From positions 1 to 55,143 of the forward strand of contig CASFTO010000076.1 in assembly GCA_949297665.1 (NCBI GenBank): a stretch of DNA of 55,143 nt, in the 5' to 3' direction. This DNA is from an uncultured Alphaproteobacteria bacterium. GTDB taxonomy: Bacteria; Pseudomonadota; Alphaproteobacteria; RF32; CAG-239. Every line of letters starts with the position of its first letter. Position 1 is the stretch's first letter. Under the pieces are notes generated by a model. It was not told where the DNA came from. It saw nothing but the letters and a program-made list of their open reading frames with translations, and did not search any database. Below are positions 28,056-37,708 of the stretch, one piece after another. A program made the translations under genes and the position numbers.

Positions 28056-28104
28056 ATTGCGCCAGTGTGCGAACCCTCGCTGACTGACGGCACTCCGTAG
28101 AGTG
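28056..28104 (-). ncRNA. Alphaproteobacterial ffh leader RNA motif
   Basis: Minus-strand GCCGTCAGTCAGCGAGGGTTCGCACACTGGCGC, a GC-rich island in the ffh 5'UTR that resembles the Rfam 'ffh' cis-element. Confidence 0.7.
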
Positions 28105-28284
28105 TTATTTTTTACTTAAATCTGTCTAGATACTATGGATTTTTTCCCAAGAGTCAAGTCTTTTTTTAGAACTTTTCCTTTTTTAAATTGCCAACCCTTC
28201 TCTTGAAATTTGTACTTGCATATTCCTTTTTATTTGTTATTATACGCTTAATTTTAATGTATTATCCTTTTTTTGAGAAAAATC

Positions 28285-29874
28285 ATGCCTGAAAATATTG
28301 TGAATAAAAGAAAAACTTTTGCGATTATTTCGCACCCTGACGCCGGTAAAACCACTTTGACAGAAAAACTCCTTCTTTTCGGTGGAGCTATTCAACAAGC
28401 CGGTGCTGTTAAAGCTCGCGGTGAAAACAGACGCGCACACTCTGACTGGATGAAAGTGGAACAGGAACGTGGTATTTCCGTCGCTTCTTCCGTGATGACT
28501 TTCGAATACAAAGATATTACATTTAATCTTCTTGATACTCCGGGACACGAAGACTTTTCAGAAGATACATATCGCGTGCTTACCGCCGTTGATTCCGCTG
28601 TGATGGTTATTGACTCCGCTAAAGGTATTGAAACACAGACTAAAAAATTGTTTGAAGTTTGTCGTCTGAGAAACATCCCTATCCTCACTTTTATTAATAA
28701 AATGGATAGAGAAGGTCTTGACCCGTTTGTACTTCTTGACGATATTGAAAAAACTTTGGCTCTTGATGTCTGTCCGGCAAGCTGGCCTATCGGTAGCGGT
28801 AAAGATTTTCTCGGTTGTTATGACTTACTTAACGACCAACTTATTCTTATGAATAAAACCGGAAATAAAGGACAAATCAATTCCGTTATTGAAACTTGCA
28901 AAGGACTTGATGATCCTAAATTAGATGAACTTCTCCCTGCTCATGCCGTGGCTAAATTGCGTGAGGATGTTTTGATGATTAAAGAACTTTGTCCGCAATT
29001 TGACCTTGATCTTTATCTTGCCGGCGCCCTCACTCCCGTATTTTTCGGTAGCGCTATTAACAACTTTGGGGTTAAAGAAGTCTTGGAAGGTTTGCACTCT
29101 CTTGCGCCTACCCCAAAACCGCAACCGACTGCCGAACGTGAAGTTTCTGCCGATGAGAAAAAAGTTACCGGTTTCATTTTCAAAATTCAGGCAAACATGG
29201 ATCCGAAACATCGTGATAGAATTGCTTTTATGCGTATTTGTTCCGGTCACTTTAAACGTGGTATGACACTCTCACAAATTCGTACCGGTAAACCGATTAA
29301 AATTCCAACTCCGGTTATGTTCCTTGCTCAAGAGCGCGAGTTAGCTGAAGATGCTTACGCCGGTGATATTATCGGTATTCCAAACCACGGACAACTGCGC
29401 ATTGGCGATACACTCACAGAAGGTGAAAAACTACACTTTACCGGTATTCCAAGTTTTGCTCCGGAATTGCTTAAATCCGTACGTGCGCTTGATCCGCTTA
29501 AATCCAAACATCTTGGTAACGCACTTCAACAAATTGCTGAAGAAGGTGGAGCTAGCGTATTCAAGCCGGTTATCGGTTCTGAATGGATTGTCGGTGTGGT
29601 TGGTGTTTTGCAATTTGAAGTTATGGCTGACCGTATTCGTACCGAATTTAATATTCCGGTGGTATTTGAACCAACTCAATACTATACGGCTCGTTGGATA
29701 TCTTCTACCGATAAAAACGTATTGGCTAAATTTATTGATGCTAACCAAGCAAATATTGCACAGGATCACGACGGAGAAACCGTCTTCTTAGCGCGTAATG
29801 CTTGGCACCTTAATAAGGCTAAAGAAGATTTTCCGAAAGTTGAACTGAAAACAACGCGTGAACAAGTTTTTTAA
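28285..29874 (+). CDS. prfC: Peptide chain release factor 3
   Basis: FAIISHPDAGKTTLTEK, ERGIS, DTPGHEDFSEDTYR, FKIQANMDP.HRDR. Confidence 0.99.
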   Translation: MPENIVNKRKTFAIISHPDAGKTTLTEKLLLFGGAIQQAGAVKARGENRRAHSDWMKVEQERGISVASSVMTFEYKDITFNLLDTPGHEDFSEDTYRVLTAVDSAVMVIDSAKGIETQTKKLFEVCRLRNIPILTFINKMDREGLDPFVLLDDIEKTLALDVCPASWPIGSGKDFLGCYDLLNDQLILMNKTGNKGQINSVIETCKGLDDPKLDELLPAHAVAKLREDVLMIKELCPQFDLDLYLAGALTPVFFGSAINNFGVKEVLEGLHSLAPTPKPQPTAEREVSADEKKVTGFIFKIQANMDPKHRDRIAFMRICSGHFKRGMTLSQIRTGKPIKIPTPVMFLAQERELAEDAYAGDIIGIPNHGQLRIGDTLTEGEKLHFTGIPSFAPELLKSVRALDPLKSKHLGNALQQIAEEGGASVFKPVIGSEWIVGVVGVLQFEVMADRIRTEFNIPVVFEPTQYYTARWISSTDKNVLAKFIDANQANIAQDHDGETVFLARNAWHLNKAKEDFPKVELKTTREQVF

Positions 29875-29900
29875 TTTGTTCTTCTAACCATTTAAAAACG

Positions 29901-29940
29901 ACAAAGCCTCGTCAGTATTTCACTAACGAGGCTTTGTTTT
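29901..29940. terminator. Bidirectional intrinsic terminator
   Basis: ACAAAGCCTCGT/ACGAGGCTTTGT stem between convergent genes. Confidence 0.8.
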
Positions 29941-29951
29941 AGAGCGCTTAT

Positions 29952-30392
29952 TTATTCATAAAACTTGGGGTGAAAATTTTGGGCAAATACCTTTTTATCA
30001 ATTCCATTAATTGTAGTAATATTCGGATTTTCCATTATTTCTTGTAACTCTGTGGTACAAAATGTGCTGCGTTCATCTGCCCCCTCTACAAAGGCATTAA
30101 TATTGCCTTTTGCTGCTTTGATATATCTTGACGAGGCTATTTTCCAAACTTTGGTTATTTCTTCCCCAACTTCATCCACTCGCCCATCTAGCCCTAATCC
30201 GATTAGCGCTTGTCCGCAAGGAGTATTATCCAACATTTGTGCGTCTTGATGTTCGCGAATATAGTTTTTTGCATCTTCTTTATTTTTTGAATTTGGCATA
30301 AAGCTGACACTATAAACAACTGCGCTATTCGGTTTGGTCGCAACGCTTTCGTTTTGCGCAATTCTATATGCTTCCGCTATCAGATTATTCAT
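29952..30392 (-). CDS. Hypothetical protein, candidate ADP-ribosyl cyclase/NADase-like (CD38-like) domain
   Basis: AVVYS...MLDNTPCG...WKIASSRYIKAAKG...STFCTTEL..I.NP.I motif order; overlaps the upstream phosphoesterase gene by 8 nt. Confidence 0.55.
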   Translation of the reverse strand: MNNLIAEAYRIAQNESVATKPNSAVVYSVSFMPNSKNKEDAKNYIREHQDAQMLDNTPCGQALIGLGLDGRVDEVGEEITKVWKIASSRYIKAAKGNINAFVEGADERSTFCTTELQEIMENPNITTINGIDKKVFAQNFHPKFYE

Positions 30393-31611
30393 CTTTCTTA
30401 TCTTCTTCTACAGTTTCCGGTTCGTTGGCTGTTTCCTTCTTTTTTTCGCCTTTTTGAACTTCTTTGCTTGGCGAAAAATTAAACACCGTAATCTCAGATG
30501 GTGCAAAAATTCTTATCGGAGGCCCCCAATATCTGGTTCCTCTGGATACATACATTTCTACACCGTTTTTGTTATAAAATCCGGCAAGAACTCCATCATT
30601 CGCACGCTCGGTAAAATAATGGAACGGGTAAATTTGTCCGCCATGCGTATGACCGGATAATTGTAAATCAACATTATCTTTCGTTACGCCCTCTGCTATT
30701 TGCGGAGTATGCGACAACAATATCACATAATCATCTTTTTCTGCTTTATACAGAGCATTGCTTACATTTACTTTCATCTTAGCCATTTCAGCGGCTCGGA
30801 TATCCGGAATACCGGCAATATAAATTCCCGTATTTCCTAATTTGGTACCATAATTGTTTAAAAACTCAAAACCAAGTTGCGCAAAGCCAATGCCCCATTG
30901 CATTGCTCCTGAATAAAATTCATGATTGCCTAGGACAACATATACTTTATCCGTCGGGGATAACTGTTTGAGCTCCATCATCTGCGCAAATAACTTTCCG
31001 GGGGTGTTATCTATAATATCTCCAACCAGTACAACCGCATCCGGTTTTAGAGAATTCACTTCATCTACTATTTTTTTTATAGACTTTGGTGATGTATCTG
31101 CATCTATGTGCAAATCAGACAACATTACCACTTTGGTTGCTTCTTTTATTTTTGGGGAACTGATATCATACGTTTTTATTGCCGGCATCTTTTCTGCTTC
31201 ATATAACCCATACAAGCAAAATAGCAGACAGAAAACGATTGTTCCCAGATTTATCTTATTTAATAATGCATTGTTTTTTAAATCCGATACAGGAACTCTT
31301 CTGATAAAATCAATTAAAGCCCACAGCATATCTCGTATGATGGTTATGGCAAATAAGAAAAATACAAATCCAAACCAAAAATACATTATCTTTGTTATAT
31401 AAACAAAACTATCCTCTATCTCCGTACGGTGAAGAGCAAATCCTATTATCGGGGCAAACCACCCGCATGAAACAAACAGAAAACATCCTAATTTGGTATA
31501 CCAATGATACTCCCCATATCCGACATAGGTCTTATATGTTATCGCAATGGCTGCCAATGCCACAACTAAAAAGGCTATTTCTACCGGCATGAATATTCTC
31601 CCTCTTTTCAT
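30385..31611 (-). CDS. Membrane-anchored calcineurin-like metallophosphoesterase (YkuE/YaeI-like)
   Basis: 4 N-terminal TMs; SDLH, GDIID, GNHE, LSH, GHTHGGQ, SRG..YWGPP.R. Confidence 0.92.
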   Translation of the reverse strand: MKRGRIFMPVEIAFLVVALAAIAITYKTYVGYGEYHWYTKLGCFLFVSCGWFAPIIGFALHRTEIEDSFVYITKIMYFWFGFVFFLFAITIIRDMLWALIDFIRRVPVSDLKNNALLNKINLGTIVFCLLFCLYGLYEAEKMPAIKTYDISSPKIKEATKVVMLSDLHIDADTSPKSIKKIVDEVNSLKPDAVVLVGDIIDNTPGKLFAQMMELKQLSPTDKVYVVLGNHEFYSGAMQWGIGFAQLGFEFLNNYGTKLGNTGIYIAGIPDIRAAEMAKMKVNVSNALYKAEKDDYVILLSHTPQIAEGVTKDNVDLQLSGHTHGGQIYPFHYFTERANDGVLAGFYNKNGVEMYVSRGTRYWGPPIRIFAPSEITVFNFSPSKEVQKGEKKKETANEPETVEEDKKDE

Positions 31612-31615
31612 TATA

Positions 31616-32185
31616 CTATTGCGCTTCAGCTATCTTGTCATTTTCCTTTTTGGGTTTACGAGGCGTCGTTGTTCTTTTTCTGGTTACTCGCTTAGGTTTA
31701 TCTCCTTCTTCAGGCTTCATTTCTTCGGTAATTTCAACAACTTTGAAATTCTTTGCCATGGGCTTTTCTACAGCCGGCAATGTTTCTACATAACCGTTTG
31801 CTTCAGGAATCGGCTCTATCGGCGTTTGTGTTTCTTTATTTTCAGATACGTCTTCTTCCGTTGAGGTTTCGTTACTACCGTTTTCTTCCTCGGCTGTTTC
31901 CGTATTTTCCTCAGGACGATTTTGCGGCTCTTGTCTAGATTGACGCCGCTCGTTTATTTCGGTTACAATCTTTCGATAGTGTTCGGCATATTGTCGATAT
32001 ATTTCCATATCTACATAATTTCCACCGGCTTGGGCTTCTTTGGCCAAATCATTATACTTTCTGATTAAATCCAACGCTGTGCCGCTTATCTTTCCGGCTA
32101 TGCTAACGCTGTCAAATTTATAGTTCAGCGTGTAACCGTTATTGTTACCGCCGTTATTACGAAATCTGTTATTTTGCTTTTTCAT
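31616..32185 (-). CDS. DUF4167 domain protein
   Basis: FDS....KI.GTA..LI.KY..LA.EA...G..V..E.Y.QYAEHY.KI with a disordered tail; downstream of prmC as in Alphaproteobacteria. Confidence 0.85.
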   Translation of the reverse strand: MKKQNNRFRNNGGNNNGYTLNYKFDSVSIAGKISGTALDLIRKYNDLAKEAQAGGNYVDMEIYRQYAEHYRKIVTEINERRQSRQEPQNRPEENTETAEEENGSNETSTEEDVSENKETQTPIEPIPEANGYVETLPAVEKPMAKNFKVVEITEEMKPEEGDKPKRVTRKRTTTPRKPKKENDKIAEAQ

Positions 32186-32324
32186 ATATTCCTACATTCA
32201 TCATAGAGCGCTTTGCTCTTTACTATTGATTATCAAAAAAAGGAAACTTTCCGATATGCCTTACTCAAAAAATCGCATATCGCTCACAGTGGTTTATATT
32301 AATTGGTTATTTTTTTTTTGCAAC

Positions 32325-33155
32325 TTATTTTTTTAATATCACACATCTGTTTATTCCGCCTAAATCTTTTACTGTTTTTTCTAAAATTAATCCTTCCTTT
32401 TCAAATATTTCTCCGATTTTTTGAGCTTGTCTTATCCCTGCTTCAATTAAAATATACCCACCTCTTTTTAATAAATTCGGCGCTATTTGCGCTATTTCTT
32501 TATAGCTTTTATATCCATCTTCGCCACCATCCAATGCTACTCTCGGATCGTAGTTCTTGACTTCTTCATCCAAAGTTTCTATTTCTTGACTGGCTATATA
32601 TGGCGGATTGGTCACAATCATATCTATACTTTCTTTTTCTATTTCCAATTGCAGCCATGAGCAATTTTTTAATGCGCATCGCTTTTCTACCTCTAGTCTT
32701 TGTGCATTTTCTTGGGCTACTTTTAATGCTTTCTCTGATATATCCACCCCAATTCCTTTAATGTCAGGGCAATCTTTCAATATTGATAATAGAATACATC
32801 CGCTCCCTATTCCTAAATCCATCACTACGACGTCTTCTCTTCCTTCCAGCAGTTTTATCGCCTCTTCTACTAAAATTTCCGTATCCGGTCGAGGGGTTAA
32901 TACATCTTGGTTGACCTTAAAGACTGATTTATAAAATTCTCTTTCCCCGATTATCTTGTCTAACGGTTCATGATTTAGTCTTCGTTGCAGCATCGCTTTG
33001 ACTTGTTCTTGCTCTGATTGAGTAATTTGGGGATATCGGGGCGCGGCTTGCTTTAGTATAATGTCCGTTTCCAATCGCGGTGACCTTATTCCGCCTTTTA
33101 TTAATGCGGCAATTAATTCTTCCCGTAAATTTCTTTGGCTGTCTTGTTTAAACAT
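32325..33155 (-). CDS. prmC: Release factor glutamine methyltransferase
   Basis: EP...I.G.REFY, L.PRPDTE.LVE, DLG.GSGCI, NPPY, ALDGG.DG. Confidence 0.96.
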   Translation of the reverse strand: MFKQDSQRNLREELIAALIKGGIRSPRLETDIILKQAAPRYPQITQSEQEQVKAMLQRRLNHEPLDKIIGEREFYKSVFKVNQDVLTPRPDTEILVEEAIKLLEGREDVVVMDLGIGSGCILLSILKDCPDIKGIGVDISEKALKVAQENAQRLEVEKRCALKNCSWLQLEIEKESIDMIVTNPPYIASQEIETLDEEVKNYDPRVALDGGEDGYKSYKEIAQIAPNLLKRGGYILIEAGIRQAQKIGEIFEKEGLILEKTVKDLGGINRCVILKK

Positions 33156-33156
33156 T

Positions 33157-34053
33157 CTACGCCGCCATCACTTTTTTGACTTCTGCCGATAATTTATCAA
33201 ATGCTTTCTTTTCAATCTGGCGGACGCGCTCACGGCTGATATTGAAATGAGCGCCGATATCATCCAATGTTATCGGATTTTCCGTCAACATACGGTTCTT
33301 TATGATATATTGCTCGCGTTCATCCAGCTTCTTCAAACATTGTGCCAAAATCTTAGCCTTATATGCTTGTTCCTGACGAGCGGCTAATTTACCCTCTATA
33401 TTTTCGCGACCGTCTATCACCATATCAATTTTTTCGCGACCGTCTTCATCGTCACCGACATTGACATTCAGTGAGCTATCTCCGCCAATACGTCGGTTCA
33501 TCTCGGTTACATCTTTTTCATCAACAACCAATTCTTTAGCTATGGCTTTAACAACCTTTGGCTCTAACTCTTTATTTTCATATATTCCCAAACGAGCTTT
33601 AATGCGGCTTAAGTTATAAAATAGCTTTTTCTGCGCAGCAACCGTACCTATTTTAACCAATGACCATGAACGCAAAATGTAGTCGTTAATTGCAGCTTTT
33701 ATCCACCAAATTGCATAAGTTGCCAAACGAACTTTTTTATCTGTATCAAACTTTTTTACCGCCTGCATCAACCCTAAATTTGCTTCTGAAATTACGTCTG
33801 ACATCGGCAATCCATAACGGCGATATGTTAAAGCAATTTTGGCCGCTAGACGTAAATGTGAGGTTATCAATTTCTGTGCTGCCAATAAATCCCCTTTGGT
33901 TTGAAAATCTTCAATTAATTGTTTTTCTTCACTTTCGCTCAAAACCGGAAAACGCTTAATCTGTTCTAAATAGGTATATAATCCATTTTCCTCAACTACC
34001 ATGGGCAGTTGCGGTTTTGGTTTTACGACAACTAAATTCTTATGTTCACTCAT
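33157..34053 (-). CDS. rpoH: RNA polymerase sigma-32 factor
   Basis: SHLRL, YGLP..D.ISE.N.GLMQAVKKF, ILRSWSLVKIGT, RpoH box QKKLFYNL, SRERVRQIE. Confidence 0.95.
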   Translation of the reverse strand: MSEHKNLVVVKPKPQLPMVVEENGLYTYLEQIKRFPVLSESEEKQLIEDFQTKGDLLAAQKLITSHLRLAAKIALTYRRYGLPMSDVISEANLGLMQAVKKFDTDKKVRLATYAIWWIKAAINDYILRSWSLVKIGTVAAQKKLFYNLSRIKARLGIYENKELEPKVVKAIAKELVVDEKDVTEMNRRIGGDSSLNVNVGDDEDGREKIDMVIDGRENIEGKLAARQEQAYKAKILAQCLKKLDEREQYIIKNRMLTENPITLDDIGAHFNISRERVRQIEKKAFDKLSAEVKKVMAA

Positions 34054-34122
34054 ACCTTTTCCTTACAGACCTTTTCACCAGTTTTGTTTATTTAGGTGCT
34101 GTCTTTTATTTTCGCAAGCCTT

Positions 34123-34629
34123 TTATTTATACAAAAAGGATGTTTCTTTTCCCGTAGGCTTTAATTCTAAATTTATCACTTCAACGCGATAGCTATCCGA
34201 CTCCGGATATACCAAAAGAAACAACTCACCGGCCTCTTTATTCTGACTTTGATTTTTGCATAATAGCATATTTTCTTCTGCAATACTTTTATTTATCTTA
34301 CGGTCGGCAATAATATCCGATACCGGCTTTGTGGCTTCCGTTTTGTAGTTTGCTATATTTTCTTTAGAAAATTTATCAAGATTGTGTGTCAAAAAATAAC
34401 GATGACGACGCTCTTTTACATTTTTATTCGTGTCATCTTTATAAAATTCGGAAATAAACTCTTTAGTTGCTGATATCAATTTTTCATCTTGACATGTTGG
34501 CATCGGAATTATTTGCTTTTCCACCTGATGAACGATGACTTCTTGTACACCTCCATCTGTCTCTTCAGCATTTACGTATGGTGCAAATAAGCACGCAATT
34601 GCTATCAGTCTAAAGAATTTATTTCTCAT
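34123..34629 (-). CDS. Hypothetical exported protein
   Basis: Signal peptide ..VNA-E; two mature Cys; SD AGGAGA. Confidence 0.7.
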   Translation of the reverse strand: MRNKFFRLIAIACLFAPYVNAEETDGGVQEVIVHQVEKQIIPMPTCQDEKLISATKEFISEFYKDDTNKNVKERRHRYFLTHNLDKFSKENIANYKTEATKPVSDIIADRKINKSIAEENMLLCKNQSQNKEAGELFLLVYPESDSYRVEVINLELKPTGKETSFLYK

Positions 34630-34638
34630 GTGTTTCTC

Positions 34639-36027
34639 CTAAAAGTTTAATGACTTCGGGGTTCTCGGGAACGGGATAACGTCACGAATATTTGCAATAC
34701 CCGTTAATAACATCATCATACGTTCAAAACCCAATCCAAACCCTGCGTGAGGGACAGAACCATATTTACGAGAATCTAGATACCAACCATAATCTTCTTC
34801 ATGCATACCTAACTCTTCAATACGTTTTTTCAACAATTCGTATCTTTCCTCTCTTTGTGAACCACCGATTAATTCACCAATCCTCGGAACCAAAACATCC
34901 ATAGCCGCAACCGTCTTATTATCATCATTCATACGCATATAAAACGCTTTAATCTCTTTAGGATAATCGCGGACTATTACCGGACGCTTAAAGTGTTCTT
35001 CCGCTAAAAAGCGTTCATGTTCCGTTTGCATATCTATTCCATATTCCGGCTCATACTCAAACTTCTTACTCGATTTTTTCATTATCTCTATCGCTTCCGT
35101 ATATGTTATGCGGGCAAAGCTGTTGTTTTTGATGGTATTCAAAGTATCCATCAATGTCGGATCTACGAATTTTGAAAACAGTTCAATATCATCATGGCAT
35201 TTTTCCATAACTTCCGTTACGCAATAACGTACCATATCTTCCGCTAAATCCATATCATCATGTATATCCGCAAAGGCCATTTCCGGTTCTATCATCCAGA
35301 ACTCCGCCGCATGACGTGCCGTATTCGAATTTTCAGCTCGGAATGTCGGGCCAAAGGTATAAATATCGCCTAATGCACAAGCGTACATCTCGCCATTTAA
35401 TTGTCCCGATACCGTTAAATGCGCCGGCTTGCCGAAAAAGTCTTGGCTGTAATCTATTTCTCCATTCGGTAAACGAGGCGGATTTTTCATATCCAGTGTC
35501 GTTACTTGAAACATCTCGCCAGCGCCTTCACAGTCCGAACCGGTAATAATCGGTGTGTGAACGTATTTAAAACCGCGTTCTTGAAAAAATTTATGTATTG
35601 CATATGACAGCGCCGAGCGAACCCTAAAGGCAGCTCCGTATTTGTTCGTTCTAGGACGAAGATGGGCAATCGTGCGCAGATATTCGTCCGAGTGTTTCTT
35701 CTTTTGCAACGGGAAATCTTCCGGCGCTAAACTATATATTTCAATCTTCTCGGCAACAACTTCGTACTTTTGATTTCCTCCTTGCGACTCTACCAATGCT
35801 CCGGTAATTGCTACAGATGAACCTGTTGAAAGATTTTTAACTTCATTATAATTGGGGAGATTATTATGAGCGATAATTTGCAAATTTTTTAAACATGAAC
35901 CGTCGTTTATTTCTATAAATGAAAAATCTTTGGAATCTCTTCTGGTTCTAACCCAGCCTTTAGCCAAAACTTCCGGTTGTGTTGTTGTTGATTTTAGTAA
36001 ATCTACAATTTTTGTTCTTCTTAACAT
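34639..36027 (-). CDS. asnS: Asparagine--tRNA ligase
   Basis: [65 protein letters not shown]. Confidence 0.98.
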   Translation of the reverse strand: MLRRTKIVDLLKSTTTQPEVLAKGWVRTRRDSKDFSFIEINDGSCLKNLQIIAHNNLPNYNEVKNLSTGSSVAITGALVESQGGNQKYEVVAEKIEIYSLAPEDFPLQKKKHSDEYLRTIAHLRPRTNKYGAAFRVRSALSYAIHKFFQERGFKYVHTPIITGSDCEGAGEMFQVTTLDMKNPPRLPNGEIDYSQDFFGKPAHLTVSGQLNGEMYACALGDIYTFGPTFRAENSNTARHAAEFWMIEPEMAFADIHDDMDLAEDMVRYCVTEVMEKCHDDIELFSKFVDPTLMDTLNTIKNNSFARITYTEAIEIMKKSSKKFEYEPEYGIDMQTEHERFLAEEHFKRPVIVRDYPKEIKAFYMRMNDDNKTVAAMDVLVPRIGELIGGSQREERYELLKKRIEELGMHEEDYGWYLDSRKYGSVPHAGFGLGFERMMMLLTGIANIRDVIPFPRTPKSLNF

Positions 36028-36132
36028 TTTAAATAATTCCCCATTTGTTTAATGTTGTTTTTTAAAGCAATCAGGAGCTTAAAACATTTTGTTTTAAATG
36101 TAAACAGATTTATCCTTTTTATGTTGTTATTG

Positions 36133-37296
36133 CTACTTTCTTTTTTGATTGGCAATATGTTGCAACCATTCGGTTACGGTTAATTCCCGACTTTGCGGCG
36201 ATAAACTTTCATAAGCCTTTTGCGCATAGCTGCGATAGTATTTTTTATCTTGAACCTTTGTTGCTTTTTGTTCTGCTTTGCATACAGCCAGAATACTTTT
36301 ATATAACGCATTTTTGCTGTGTGTTTTTATACATAAATTGTCGAAACATATTTCGGCTTTAGTTATTTCTGCAATTTGCTTTAATACAAACGGCTTTATC
36401 ACCTCATCCGCCGTATTTAAACAATAGCACTGTTGCGCATAGCTTTGACGCCGCACTACTATTTTCACCTCGCTGCCATTGGGTAATTTCACCTGATTTA
36501 ATTTTGGATTATTGTATATATATTCAAACCATTGCGCTAATTTCTCCGATGTATATTTCTTATATTCTTTACCGTAATTTTCTACTTTATGAAAAATTCG
36601 AGCACATTCTCGCGGCGTTAATTCTCCCTCTTGTTTTTCTTGCAATTTTTCCGCATCTTCCTTTTCCGAACAATATTTGCAGTCCGCCCATTGGGCAAAT
36701 GCTGACAATATTTCTTGGCGATGTTCCGAACTGTTTAAACAATACATCGTCTTATTATTTATTCCTAATCTCTCTACAATTATTGGCTGTTTCTTGCCGG
36801 CTATCTCACATATATTATCTTCAGGCCTTTCATATAATTTGCGAAATAAACCGTTTAGTCGGTCTTGTTTCTTAAAACCGGATAACTTTTTTCCTTCTTC
36901 CGATTTTACATTATCGAATAAATGTTTGACGTCACTGACGATTAATTCTCCTATTTTTTTTGCTTGCGGTCTTTCGTTTTTGTATGTAATTCCGGTTTGT
37001 TCGGCAAAGGCTTTTAATATTATTTCTTTGGGAACTCGCGCCGTGTTCAAATAATATGCCGGCGCGCGCCCTTCTTGGCGACGATGAACCACTATCGGAA
37101 CTATCTTTCCTTTTGGTAAAGTACAGCGATTTTTAGCTTTGTTTTGGTATAGTTTTGTAAATAGAAAACGCAGACGACCACGTTTCTCGCTCTGCGTTAG
37201 TTTTTCTCCATTTTCATTTTTCACGTTATCAAAAAATTTGACAACCTCGGCTGCGTTTAATTCGCCTTCTTGTTTTAACTCTATTGCGTCCGTCAT
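36133..37296 (-). CDS. Hypothetical basic protein with three tandem ~105-aa repeats
   Basis: Three units: K..GEL....(F)..V ... L..(L/W)F...Y ... (P/K)I(V/I)V.R ... Y(Y/C)LN(T/S) ... (I/V)L..(F/I)A. Confidence 0.8.
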   Translation of the reverse strand: MTDAIELKQEGELNAAEVVKFFDNVKNENGEKLTQSEKRGRLRFLFTKLYQNKAKNRCTLPKGKIVPIVVHRRQEGRAPAYYLNTARVPKEIILKAFAEQTGITYKNERPQAKKIGELIVSDVKHLFDNVKSEEGKKLSGFKKQDRLNGLFRKLYERPEDNICEIAGKKQPIIVERLGINNKTMYCLNSSEHRQEILSAFAQWADCKYCSEKEDAEKLQEKQEGELTPRECARIFHKVENYGKEYKKYTSEKLAQWFEYIYNNPKLNQVKLPNGSEVKIVVRRQSYAQQCYCLNTADEVIKPFVLKQIAEITKAEICFDNLCIKTHSKNALYKSILAVCKAEQKATKVQDKKYYRSYAQKAYESLSPQSRELTVTEWLQHIANQKRK

Positions 37297-37372
37297 TTAT
37301 TTGCTCATTACCTTATTCAATTTGTATCAATATAGCACATTTTATTCTATAAGGCAATACGATTTTCATGAC

Positions 37373-37708
37373 CTAAAACATAAAGCGCATCAACTGTATC
37401 CAATAAGCATAAACGGCTATGGCTATGATTTTATAAAGCACAGCCATACTCATTAAGGCGCCCCCTAAAACAACAACCTCAATGATTATCGCTGCGATAA
37501 CGGCAACGCCCAGCATTTCCAGCCAATAATATTTTTGCTTTATCAATAACAATGACGCTATTACCGCGGTTAATGCCAGATACATATTCTGCATTGCTGC
37601 AAAAGTATGTGTTACCGGCGTGGTTACCGTACTAAAATTCAACACAAACGACGTCATCATTACAATCGAGGCTATTATGAAAATGATAAAACTACTTCTT
37701 TTTGACAT
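37373..37708 (-). CDS. Small 4-TM membrane protein
   Basis: 111 aa, almost wholly hydrophobic; overlaps the upstream methyltransferase gene; SD AGGAGG. Confidence 0.75.
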   Translation of the reverse strand: MSKRSSFIIFIIASIVMMTSFVLNFSTVTTPVTHTFAAMQNMYLALTAVIASLLLIKQKYYWLEMLGVAVIAAIIIEVVVLGGALMSMAVLYKIIAIAVYAYWIQLMRFMF

